64,000 bases of DNA. Source: Eledone cirrhosa. Its lineage: Eukaryota. The stretch spans positions 246,636,001 through 246,700,000 of the forward strand of contig OZ024741.1 in assembly GCA_964016885.1 (NCBI GenBank), read 5' to 3'. The position numbers were made by a program, and so were the translations under genes. A model generated the notes under the pieces. That model saw only the letters and a program-made list of their open reading frames with translations, did not search any database and was not told where the DNA came from. Positions 1-12,900 of this stretch are shown piece by piece (positions within the stretch are counted from its first letter, which is position 1; each line of letters starts with the position of its first letter).

Positions 1-3000
1 TCCCCCTGATTTTTTTTTACAAATTATCTCCCCCTGATTTTTTTTTACAAATTATCTCCCCCTGATTTTTTTTTACAAATTATCTCCCCCTGATTTTTTT
101 TACAAATTATCTCCCCCTGATTTTTTTACAAATTATCTCCCCTTGGCTGGCTGGAAATTATCTCCCCTTGGAGGCTGGAACTTATCTCCCCTTGGACGGC
201 TAGAAATTACCTCTCCTTGGACGGCTGGAAATATGTCTCCTTGGACGGCTGGATATTATCTCACCTTGGACGGCTAGAAATTATCTCCCCTTGGACGGCA
301 GGAAATTATCTCCCCTTGGATGGCTAGATATTACCTCCCCTTGGACGGCTGGAAATTATCTCCCCGTGATTTTTTTTACAAATTATCTGCCCCTGATTTT
401 TTTTTACAAATTATCTCCCCCTGATTTTTTTTTACAAATTATCTCCCCCTGATTTTTGTTTACAAATTATCTCCGCCTGATTTTTTTTTAAAAATTATCT
501 CCCCTTGGACGGCTGGAAATTATCTCCCCTTGGACGGCTAGAAATTACCTCTCCTTGGACGGCTGAAAATTATCTCCCCTTGGACGGCTGGAAATTATCT
601 CCCCTTCATTTTTTTACAAATTATCTCCCCCTGATTTTTTTTTACAAATTATCTCCCCCTGATCTTTTTTACAAATTATCTCCGCCTGATTTTTTTAAAT
701 ATTATCTTCCCTTGGCTGGCGGGAAATTATCTCCCCTTGGACGGCTGGAAATTATCTGCCCTTGATTTTCTTTTTACAAATTATCTTCCACTGATTTTTT
801 TTACAAATTATCTCCACCTGATTTTTTAAAAAATTATCTCCCCTTGGAAGGCTGGAAATTATCTCCCCTTGGACGGCTGGAAATTATCTCCCCTTGGACG
901 GCTAGAAATTATCTCTCCTTGGACGGCTGAAAATTATCTCCCCTTGGACGGCTGCAAATTATCTCCCCTTGATTTTTTTTACAAATTATCTCCCCCTGAT
1001 TTTTTTTTACAAATTATCTCCCCCTGATTTTTTTTACAAATTATCTACCCCTGATTTTTTTTACAAATTATCTCCCCCTGATTTTTTTTTACAAATTATC
1101 TCCCCCTGATTTTTTTTTACAAATTATCTCCCCCTGATTTTTTTTTTACAAATTATCTCCCCCTGATTTTTTTACAAATTATCTCCCCCTGATTTTTTTT
1201 ACAATCTCCGCCTGATTTTTTTAAAAATTATCTTCCCTTGGCTGGCGGGAAATTATCTCCCCTTGGACGGCTGGAAATTATCTCCCCTTGCACGGCTGGA
1301 AATTATCTCCCCTTGGCTGGAAATTATCTCCCCTTGGACGGCTAGAAATTATCTCTCTTTGGACGGCTGGAAATTATCTCCCTTTGATTTTTTTTACAAA
1401 TTATCTCCCTCTGATTTTTTTTACAAATCTCCCCCTGATTTTTTTAAAAAAATTATCTCCCCTTCGCTGGCTGGAAATTATCTTCCTTGGACGGCTGGAA
1501 ATTATCTCCCCTTGATTTTTTTTACAAATTATCTCCGCCTGATTTTTTTTAAAAATTATCTCTCCTTGGACGGCTGGAAATTATCTCCCCTTGATTTTTT
1601 TTTCAAATAATCTCCCCCTGATTTTTTTTTACAAATTATCTCCCCCTGATTTTTTTTTACAAATTATCTACCCCTGATTTTTTTTTACAAATTATCTCCC
1701 CCTGATTTTTTTTACAAATTATCTCCCCCTGATTTTTCTTTTACAAATTATCTCCCCCTGATTTTTTTACAAATTATCTCCCCCTGATTTTTTTTACAAA
1801 TTGTCTCTGCCTGATTTTTTTAAATATTATCTTCCCTTGGCTGGCGGGAAATTACCTCCCCTTGGACGGCTGGAAATTATCTGTCCTTGATTTTCTTTTT
1901 ACAAATTATCTTCCACTGATTTTTTTTACAAATTATCTCCACCTGATTTTTTAAAAAATTATCTCCCCTTGGAAGGCTGGAAATTATCTCCCCTTGGCTG
2001 GAAATTATCTCCCCTTGGACGGCTAGAAATTATCTCTCTTTGGACGGCTGGAAATTATCACCCCTTGAGTTTTTTACAAATTATCTCCCCCTGATTTTTT
2101 TTACAAATCTCCCAGTGATTTTTAAAAAAAAATTATCTCCCCTTCGCTGGCTGGAAATTATCTCCCCTTGGACGCTGGAAATTATAGCCCCTTGGAGGGC
2201 TGGAAATTATCTTCCCTTGGACGGCTGGAAATTATCTCCCCTTGATTTTTTTTACAAATTATCTCCCCCTGATTTTTTTTTACAAATTATCTCCCCCTGA
2301 TTTTTTTTTACAACTTATCTGCGCCTGATTTTTTTAAAAAAATTATCTCCCCTTGGACGGCTGGAAATTATCTCTCCTTGGACGGCTAGAATTTACCTCT
2401 CCTTGGACGGCTGAAAATTATCTCCCCTTGGACGGCTGGAAATTATCTCCCCTTGATTTTTTTTACAAATTATCTCCCCCTGATTTTTTTTTACAAATTA
2501 TCTCCCCCTGATTTTTTTTTTACAAATTATCTCCCCCTGATTTTTTTTTACAAATTATCTCCCCCTGATTTTTTTTACAAATTATCTCCCCCCTGATTTT
2601 TTTACAAATTATCTCCCCTTGGCTGGCTGGAAATTATCTCCCCTTGGAGGCTGGAACTTATCTCCCCTTGGACGGCTAGAAATTACCTCTCCTTGGACGG
2701 CTGGAAAATATGTCTCCTTGGACGGCTGGATATTATCTCCCCTTGGACGGCTGGAAATTATCTCCCCTTGGACGGCTAGAATTTACCTCTCCTTGGACGG
2801 CTGAAAATTATCTCCCCTTGGACGGCTGGAAATTATCTCCCCTTGATTTTTTTTACAAATTATCTCCCCCTGATTTTTTTTTACAAATTATCTCCCCCTG
2901 ATTTTTTTTTTACAAATTATCTCCCCCTGATTTTTTTTTACAAATTATCTCCCCCTGATTTTTTTTACAAATTATCTCCCCCCTGATTTTTTTACAAATT

Positions 3001-4849
3001 ATCTCCCCTTGGCTGGCTGGAAATTATCTCCCCTTGGAGGCTGGAACTTATCTCCCCTTGGACGGCTAGATATTACCTCCCCTTGGACGGCTGGAAATTA
3101 TCTCCCCTTGGACGGCTGGAAATTATCTCCCCTTGGATGGCTAGATATTACCTCCCCTTGGACGGCTGGAAATTATCTCCCCTTGATTTTGTTTACAAAT
3201 TATCTCCCCCTGATTTTTTTTTACAAATTATCTCCCCCTGATTTTTTTTTACAAATTATCTCCCCCTGATTTTTGTTTACAAATTATCTCCGCCTGATTT
3301 TTTTTTTTAAATTATCTCCCCTTGGACGGCTGGAAATTATCTCCCCTCGGACGGCTAGAAATTACCTCTCCTTACACGGCTGAAAATTATCTCCCCTTGG
3401 ACGGCTGGAAATTATCTCCCCTTGATTTTTTTACAAATTATCTCCCCCTGATTTTTTTTTTACAAATTATCTCCCCCTGATTTTTTTTTAGAAATTATCT
3501 ACCCCTGATTTTTTTTTACAAATTATCTCCCCCTGATTTTTTTTTACAAATTATCTACCCCTGATTTTTTTTACAAATTATCTCCCCCTGATTTTTTTTA
3601 CAAATTATCTCCCCCTGATTTTTTTTTTACAAATTATCTCCCCCTGATTTTTTTACAAATTATCTCCCCCTGATTTTTTTTACAAATTATCTCCGCCGGA
3701 TTTTTTTAAATATTATCTTCCCTTGGCTTGCGGGAAATTATCTCCCCTTGGACGGCTGAAAATTATCTCCCCTTGGACGGCTGGAAATTATCTCCCCTTG
3801 ATTTTTTTTACAAATTATCTCCCCCTGATTTTTTTTTACAAATTATCTTCCCCTGATTTTTTTTACAAATTATCTCCCCCTGATTTTTTTTTACAAATTA
3901 TCTCCCCCTGATTTTTTTTACAAATTATCTCCCCCTGATTTTTTTTAAAAATTATCTCCCCCTGATTTTTTTTTACAAATTATCTCCCCCTGATTTTTTT
4001 ACAAATTATCTCCCCCTGATTTTTTTTACAAATTATCTCCGCCTGATTTTTTAAAATATTATCTCCCCTTGGACGGCTGGAAATTATCTGCCCTTGATTT
4101 TCTTTTTACAAATTAACTTCCACTGATTTTTTTTACAAATTATCTCCACCTGATTTTTTTAAAAATTATCTCCCCTTGGAAGGCTGGAAATTATCTCCCC
4201 TTGGCTGGAAATTATCTCCCCTTGGACGGCTAGAAATTATCTCTCTTTGGACGGCTGGAAATTATCACCCCTTGAGTTTTTTACAAATTATCTCCACCTG
4301 ATTTTTTTTACAAATCTCCCAGTGATTTTTAAAAAAAAATTATCTTCCCTTCGCTGGCTGGAAATTATCTCCCCTTGGACGCTGGAAATTATAGCCCCTT
4401 GATTTTTTTTACGAATTATCTCCCCCTGATTTTTTTTTACAAATTATCTCCCACTGATTTTTTTTTACAACTTATCTGCGCCTGATTTTTTTAAAAAAAT
4501 TATCTCCCCTTGGACGGCTGGAAATTATCTCCCCTTGGACGGCTGGAAATTATCTCTCCTTGGACGGCTAGAATTTACCTCTCCTTGGACGGCTGAAAAT
4601 TATCTCCCCTTGGACGGCTGGAAATTATCTCCCCTTGATTTTTTTTACAAATTATCTCCCCCTGATTTTTTTTTACAAATTATCTCCCCCTGATTTTTTT
4701 TTACAAATTATCTCCCCCTGATTTTTTTTACAAATTATCTACCCCTGATTTTTTTTACAAATTATCTCCCCCTGATTTTTTTTTACAAATTATCTCCCCC
4801 TGATTTTTTTTTACAAATTATCTCCCCCTGATTTTTTTTTTACAAATTA

Positions 4850-5510
4850 TCTCCCCCTGATTTTTTTACAAAGTATCTCCCTCTGATTTTTTTTACAATC
4901 TCCGCCTGATTTTTTTTAAAATTATCTTCCCTTGGCTGGCGGGAAATTATCTCCACTTGGACGGCTGGAAATTATCTCCCCTTGGAAGGATGGAAATTAT
5001 CTCCCCTTGGACGGCTGGAAATTATCTCCCCTTGCACGGCTGGAAATTATCTCCCCTTGGACGGCTAGAAATTATCTCTCTTTGGACGGCTGGAAATTAT
5101 CTCCCTTTGATTTTTTTTACAAATTATCTCCCTCTGATTTTTTTTACAAATCTCCCACTGATTTTTTTAAAAAAATTATCTCCCCTTCGCTGGCTGGAAA
5201 TTATCTCCCCTTGATTTTTTTTACAAATTATCTCCCCCTGATTTTTTTTTACAAATTATCTCCCCCTGATTTTTTTTACAAAGTATCTCCCTCTGATTTT
5301 TTTTACAATCTCCGCCTGATTTTTTTTAAAATTATCTTCCCTTGGCTGGCGGGAAATTATCTCCACTTGGACGGCTGGAAATTATCTCCCCTTGGAAGGA
5401 TGGAAATTATCTCCCCTTGGACGGCTGGAAATTATCTCCCCTTGCACGGCTGGAAATTATCTCCCCTTGGACGGCTAGAAATTATCTCTCTTTGGACGGC
5501 TGGAAATTAT
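4850..5510 (+). repeat. Local tandem duplication, 410-bp offset
   Basis: ACAAAGTATCTCCCTCTG...CTCCACTTGG...GGAAGGATGG...GCACGG occurs from ~4868 and again from ~5278. ORF starts at 4932 and 5342. Confidence 0.85.
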
Positions 5511-8500
5511 CACCCCTTGAGTTTTTTACAAATTATCTCCCCCTGATTTTTTTTACAAATCTCCCAGTGATTTTTAAAAAAAAATTATCTTCCCTTCGCT
5601 GGCTGGAAATTATCTCCCCTTGGACGCTGGAAATTATAGCCCCTTGGAGGGCTGGAAATTATCTTCCCTTGGACGGCTGGAAATTATCTCCCCTTGATTT
5701 TTTTTACAAATTATCTCCCCCTGATTTTTTTTTACAAATTATCTCCCCCTGATTTTTTTTTACAACTTATCTGCGCCTGATTTTTTTAAAAAAATTATCT
5801 CCCCTTGGACGGCTGGAAATTATCTCCCCTTGGACGGCTGGAAATTATCTCTCCTTGGACGGCTAGAATTTACCTCTCCTTGGACGGCTGAAAATTATCT
5901 CCCCTTGGACGGCTGGAAATTATCTCCCCTTGATTTTTTTTACAAATTATCTCCCCCTGATTTTTTTTTACAAATTATCTCCCCCTGATTTTTTTTTACA
6001 AATTATCTCCCCCTGATTTTTTTTACAAATTATCTCCCCCTGATTTTTTTTACAAATTATCTCCCCCTGATTTTTTTTACAAATTATCTCCCCTTGGCTG
6101 GCTGGAAATTATCTCCCCTTGGAGGCTGGAACTTATCTCCCCTTGGACGGCTAGAAATTACCTCTCCTTGGACGGCTGGAAAATATGTCTCCTTGGACGG
6201 CTGGATATTATCTCACCTTGGACGGCTAGAAATTATCTCCCCTTGGACGGCAGGAAATTATCTCCCCTTGGATGGCTAGATATTACCTCCCCTTGGACGG
6301 CTGGAAATTATCTCCCCTTGATTTTTTTTACAAATTATCTGCCCCTGATTTTTTTTTACAAATTATCTCCCCCTGATTTTTTTTTACAAATTATCTCCCC
6401 CTGACTTTTGTTTACAAATTATCTCCGCCTGATTTTTTTTAAAAATTATCTCCCCTTGGACGGCTGGAAATTATCTCCCCTTGGACGGCTAGAAATTACC
6501 TCTCCTTGGACGGCTGAAAATTATCTCCCCTTGGACGGCTGGAAATTATCTCCCCTTCATTTTTTTACAAATTATCTCCCCCTGATTTTTTTTTACAAAT
6601 TATCTCCCCCTGATCTTTTTTACAAATTATCTCCGCCTGATTTTTTTAAATATTATCTTCCCTTGGCTGGCGGGAAATTATCTCCCCTTGGACGGCTGGA
6701 AATTATCTGCCCTTGATTTTCTTTTTACAAATTATCTTCCACTGATTTTTTTTACAAATTATCTCCACCTGATTTTTTAAAAAATTATCTCCCCTTGGAA
6801 GGCTGGAAATTATCTCCCCTTGGACGGCTGGAAATTATCTCCCCTTGGACGGCTAGAAATTATCTCTCCTTGGACGGCTGAAAATTATCTCCCCTTGGAC
6901 GGCTGCAAATTATCTCCCCTTGATTTTTTTTACAAATTATCTCCCCCTGATTTTTTTTACAAATTATCTCCCCCTGATTTTTTTTACAAATTATCTCCGC
7001 CGGATTTTTTTAAATATTATCTTCCCTTGGCTGGCGGGAAATTACCTCCCCTTGTAGGCTGGAATTTATCTCCCCTTGGACGGCTAGAAATTACCTCTCC
7101 TTGGACGGCTGGAAAATATGTCTCCTTGGACGGCTGGATATTATCTCCCCTTGGATGGCTGGAAATTATCTCCCCTTGGACGGCTGGAAATTATCTCCCC
7201 TTGATTTTTTTTACAAATTATCTCCCCCTGATTTTTTTTACAAATCTCCCAATGATTTTTAAAAAAAAATTATCTGCCCTTCGCTGGCTGGAAATTATCT
7301 CCCCTTGGACGCTGGAAATTATAGCCCCTTGGAGGGCTGGAAATTATCTTCCCTTGGACGGCTGGAAATTATCTCCCCTTGATTTTTTTTACAAATTATC
7401 TCCCCCTGATTTTTTTTTACAAATTATCTCCCCCTGATTTTTTTTTACAAATTATCTCCCCCTGATTTTTTATTTACAAATTATCTCCAACTGATTTTTT
7501 TTTAAAAATTACCTCCCCTTGGACGGCTGGAAATTATCTCCCCTTGGACGGCTGGAAATTATCTCCCCTTGGACGGCTAGAAATTATCTCTCCTTGGACG
7601 GCTGAAAATTATCTCCCCTTGGACGGCTGCAAATTATCTCCCCTTGATTTTTTTTACAAATTATCTCCCCCTGATTTTTTTTACAAATTATCTCCCCCTG
7701 ATTTTTTTTACAAATTATCTACCCCTGATTTTTTTTACAAATTATCTCCCCCTCATTTTTTTTTACAAATTATCTCCCCCTGATTTTTTTTTTACAAATT
7801 ATCTCCCTCTGATTTTTTTACAAAGTATCTCCCTCTGATTTTTTTTACAATCTCCGCCTGATTTTTTTTAAAATTATCTTCCCTTGGCTGGCGGGAAATT
7901 ATCTCCACTTGGACGGCTGGAAATTATCTCCCCTTGGAAGGATGGAAATTATCTCCCCTTGGACGGCTGGAAATTATCTCCCCTTGCACGGCTGGAAATT
8001 ATCTCCCCTTGGACGGCTAGAAATTATCTCTCTTTGGACGGCTGGAAATTATCTCCCTTTGATTTTTTTTACAAATTATCTCCCTCTGATTTTTTTTACA
8101 AATCTCCCCCTGATTTTTTTAAAAAAATTATCTCCCCTTCGCTGGCTGGAAATTATCTCCCCTTGATTTTTTTTACAAATTATCTCCCCCTGATTTTTTT
8201 TTACAAATTATCTCCCCCTGATTTTTTTTACAAATTATCTCCCCCTGATTTTTTTTTACAAATTATCTCCCCCTGATTTTTTTTACAAATTATCTCCGCC
8301 TGATTTTTTAAAATATTATCTTCCCTTGGCTGGCGGGAAATTATCTCCCCTTGGACGGCTGGAAATTATCTGCCCTTGATTTTCTTTTTACAAATTAACT
8401 TCCACTGATTTTTTTTACAAATTATCTCCACCTGATTTTTTTAAAAATTATCTCCCCTTGGAAGGCTGGAAATTATCTCCCCTTGGCTGGAAATTATCTC

Positions 8501-9960
8501 CCCTTGGACGGCTAGAAATTATCTCTCTTTGGACGGCTGGAAATTATCACCCCTTGAGTTTTTTACAAATTATCTCCCCCTGATTTTTTTTACAAATCTC
8601 CCAGTGATTTTTAAAAAAAAATTATCTTCCCTTCGCTGGCTGGAAATTATCTCCCCTTGGACGCTGGAAATTATAGCCCCTTGGAGGGCTGGAAATTATC
8701 TTCCCTTGGACGGCTGGAAATTATCTCCCCTTGATTTTTTTTACAAATTATCTCCCCCTGATTTTTTTTTACAAATTATCTCCCCCTGATTTTTTTTTAC
8801 AACTTATCTGCGCCTGATTTTTTTAAAAAAATTATCTCCCCTTGGACGGCTGGAAATTATCTCCCCTTGGACGGCTGGAAATTATCTCTCCTTGGACGGC
8901 TAGAATTTACCTCTCCTTGGACGGCTGAAAATTATCTCCCCTTGGACGGCTGGAAATTATCTCCCCTTGATTTTTTTTTACAAATTATCTCCCCCTGATT
9001 TTTTTTTACAAATTATCTCCCCCTGATTTTTTTTTACAAATTATCTCCCCCTGATTTTTTTTTACAAATTATCTCCCCCTGATTTTTTTTACAAATTATC
9101 TCCCCCTGATTTTTTTACAAATTATCTCCCCTTGGCTGGCTGGAAATTATCTCCCCTTGGAGGCTGGAACTTATCTCCCCTTGGACGGCTAGAAATTACC
9201 TCTCCTTGGACGGCTGGAAATATGTCTCCTTGGACGGCTGGATATTATCTCACCTTGGACGGCTAGAAATTATCTCCCCTTGGACGGCAGGAAATTATCT
9301 CCCCTTGGATGGCTAGATATTACCTCCCCTTGGACGGCTGGAAATTATCTCCCCGTGATTTTTTTTACAAATTATCTGCCCCTGATTTTTTTTTACAAAT
9401 TATCTCCCCCTGATTTTTTTTTACAAATTATCTCCCCCTGATTTTTGTTTACAAATTATCTCCGCCTGATTTTTTTTTAAAAATTATCTCCCCTTGGACG
9501 GCTGGAAATTATCTCCCCTTGGACGGCTAGAAATTACCTCTCCTTGGACGGCTGAAAATTATCTCCCCTTGGACGGCTGGAAATTATCTCCCCTTCATTT
9601 TTTTACAAATTATCTCCCCCTGATTTTTTTTTACAAATTATCTCCCCCTGATCTTTTTTACAAATTATCTCCGCCTGATTTTTTTAAATATTATCTTCCC
9701 TTGGCTGGCGGGAAATTATCTCCCCTTGGACGGCTGGAAATTATCTGCCCTTGATTTTCTTTTTACAAATTATCTTCCACTGATTTTTTTTACAAATTAT
9801 CTCCACCTGATTTTTTAAAAAAATTATCTCCCCTTGGAAGGCTGGAAATTATCTCCCCTTGGACGGCTGGAAATTATCTCCCCTTGGACGGCTAGAAATT
9901 ATCTCTCCTTGGACGGCTGAAAATTATCTCCCCTTGGACGGCTGCAAATTATCTCCCCTT
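5490..9960 (+). repeat. Duplicated module string, offset 3037-3038 bp (~5490-6920 vs ~8530-9960)
   Basis: ORF ends 5752/8789 and 6716/9754. Shared variants TCTCACCTTGG, GGCAGG, CCTTCATTTT and GATCTTTT. Confidence 0.8.
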
Positions 9961-12900
9961 GATTTTTTTTACAAATTATCTCCCCCTGATTTTTTTTTAC
10001 AAATTATCTCCCCCTGATTTTTTTTACAAATTATCTACCCCTGATTTTTTTTACAAATTATCTCCCCCTGATTTTTTTTTACAAATTATCTCCCCCTGAT
10101 TTTTTTTTACAAATTATCTCCCCCTGATTTTTTTTTTACAAATTATCTCCCCCTGATTTTTTTACAAATTATCTCCCCCTGATTTTTTTTACAATCTCCG
10201 CCTGATTTTTTTAAAAATTATCTTCCCTTGGCTGGCGGGAAATTATCTCCCCTTGATTTTTTTTACAAATTATCTCCGCCTGATTTTTTTTAAAAATTAT
10301 CTCTCCTTGGACGGCTGGAAATTATCTCCCCTTGATTTTTTTTACAAATAATCTCCCCCTGATTTTTTTTTACAAATTATCTCCCCCTGATTTTTTTTTA
10401 CAAATTATCTACCCCTGATTTTTTTTTACAAATTATCTCCCCCTGATTTTTTTTACAAATTATCTCCCCCTGATTTTTCTTTTACAAATTATCTCCCCCT
10501 GATTTTTTTACAAATTATCTCCCCCTGATTTTTTTTACAAATTGTCTCTGCCTGATTTTTTTAAATATTATCTTCCCTTGGCTGGCGGGAAATTACCTCC
10601 CCTTGGACGGCTGGAAATTATCTGTCCTTGATTTTCTTTTTACAAATTATCTTCCACTGATTTTTTTTACAAATTATCTCCACCTGATTTTTTAAAAAAT
10701 TATCTCCCCTTGGAAGGCTGGAAATTATCTCCCCTTGGCTGGAAATTATCTCCCCTTGGACGGCTAGAAATTATCTCTCTTTGGACGGCTGGAAATTATC
10801 ACCCCTTGAGTTTTTTACAAATTATCTCCCCCTGATTTTTTTTACAAATCTCCCAGTGATTTTTAAAAAAAAATTATCTCCCCTTCGCTGGCTGGAAATT
10901 ATCTCCCCTTGGACGCTGGAAATTATAGCCCCTTGGAGGGCTGGAAATTATCTTCCCTTGGACGGCTGGAAATTATCTCCCCTTGATTTTTTTTACAAAT
11001 TATCTCCCCCTGATTTTTTTTTACAAATTATCTCCCCCTGATTTTTTTTTACAACTTATCTGCGCCTGATTTTTTTAAAAAAATTATCTCCCCTTGGACG
11101 GCTGGAAATTATCTCTCCTTGGACGGCTAGAATTTACCTCTCCTTGGACGGCTGAAAATTATCTCCCCTTGGACGGCTGGAAATTATCTCCCCTTGATTT
11201 TTTTTACAAATTATCTCCCCCTGATTTTTTTTTACAAATTATCTCCCCCTGATTTTTTTTTTACAAATTATCTCCCCCTGATTTTTTTTTACAAATTATC
11301 TCCCCCTGATTTTTTTTACAAATTATCTCCCCCCTGATTTTTTTACAAATTATCTCCCCTTGGCTGGCTGGAAATTATCTCCCCTTGGAGGCTGGAACTT
11401 ATCTCCCCTTGGACGGCTAGAAATTACCTCTCCTTGGACGGCTGGAAAATATGTCTCCTTGGACGGCTGGATATTATCTCCCCTTGGACGGCTGGAAATT
11501 ATCTCCCCTTGGACGGCTAGAATTTACCTCTCCTTGGACGGCTGAAAATTATCTCCCCTTGGACGGCTGGAAATTATCTCCCCTTGATTTTTTTTACAAA
11601 TTATCTCCCCCTGATTTTTTTTTACAAATTATCTCCCCCTGATTTTTTTTTTACAAATTATCTCCCCCTGATTTTTTTTTACAAATTATCTCCCCCTGAT
11701 TTTTTTTACAAATTATCTCCCCCCTGATTTTTTTACAAATTATCTCCCCTTGGCTGGCTGGAATTTATCTCCCCTTGGAGGCTGGAACTTATCTCCCCTT
11801 GGACGGCTAGATATTACCTCCCCTTGGACGGCTGGAAATTATCTCCCCTTGGACGGCTGGAAATTATCTCCCCTTGGATGGCTAGATATTACCTCCCCTT
11901 GGACGGCTGGAAATTATCTCCCCTTGATTTTGTTTACAAATTATCTCCCCCTGATTTTTTTTTACAAATTATCTCCCCCTGATTTTTTTTTACAAATTAT
12001 CTCCCCCTGATTTTTGTTTACAAATTATCTCCGCCTGATTTTTTTTTTAAAATTATCTCCCCTTGGACGGCTGGAAATTATCTCCCCTCGGACGGCTAGA
12101 AATTACCTCTCCTTACACGGCTGAAAATTATCTCCCCTTGGACGGCTGGAAATTATCTCCCCTTGATTTTTTTACAAATTATCTCCCCCTGATTTTTTTT
12201 TTACAAATTATCTCCCCCTGATTTTTTTTTAGAAATTATCTACCCCTGATTTTTTTTTACAAATTATCTCCCCCTGATTTTTTTTTACAAATTATCTACC
12301 CCTGATTTTTTTTACAAATTATCTCCCCCTGATTTTTTTTACAAATTATCTCCCCCTGATTTTTTTTTTACAAATTATCTCCCCCTGATTTTTTTACAAA
12401 TTATCTCCCCCTGATTTTTTTTACAAATTATCTCCGCCGGATTTTTTTAAATATTATCTTCCCTTGGCTTGCGGGAAATTATCTCCCCTTGGACGGCTGA
12501 AAATTATCTCCCCTTGGACGGCTGGAAATTATCTCCCCTTGATTTTTTTTACAAATTATCTCCCCCTGATTTTTTTTTACAAATTATCTTCCCCTGATTT
12601 TTTTTACAAATTATCTCCCCCTGATTTTTTTTTACAAATTATCTCCCCCTGATTTTTTTTACAAATTATCTCCCCCTGATTTTTTTTAAAAATTATCTCC
12701 CCCTGATTTTTTTTTACAAATTATCTCCCCCTGATTTTTTTACAAATTATCTCCCCCTGATTTTTTTTACAAATTATCTCCGCCTGATTTTTTAAAATAT
12801 TATCTCCCCTTGGACGGCTGGAAATTATCTGCCCTTGATTTTCTTTTTACAAATTAACTTCCACTGATTTTTTTTACAAATTATCTCCACCTGATTTTTT

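Noticed and set aside
715-722. Chi-like GCTGGCGG
   Set aside because: It has one mismatch to E. coli Chi (GCTGGTGG). Chi is specific to RecBCD and nothing here suggests a bacterial context.
706-724. CENP-B-box-like CTTCCCTTGGCTGGCGGGA
   Set aside because: It resembles CTTCGTTGGAAACGGGA but lacks the essential TTCG and central A and is 2 bp too long, so it does not fit NTTCGNNNNANNCGGGN.
1845-1860. NF-kB/Rel-like GGGAAATTACC or GGGAAATTATCTCCC
   Set aside because: It does not fit the GGGRNNYYCC spacing and occurs only in minor variants.
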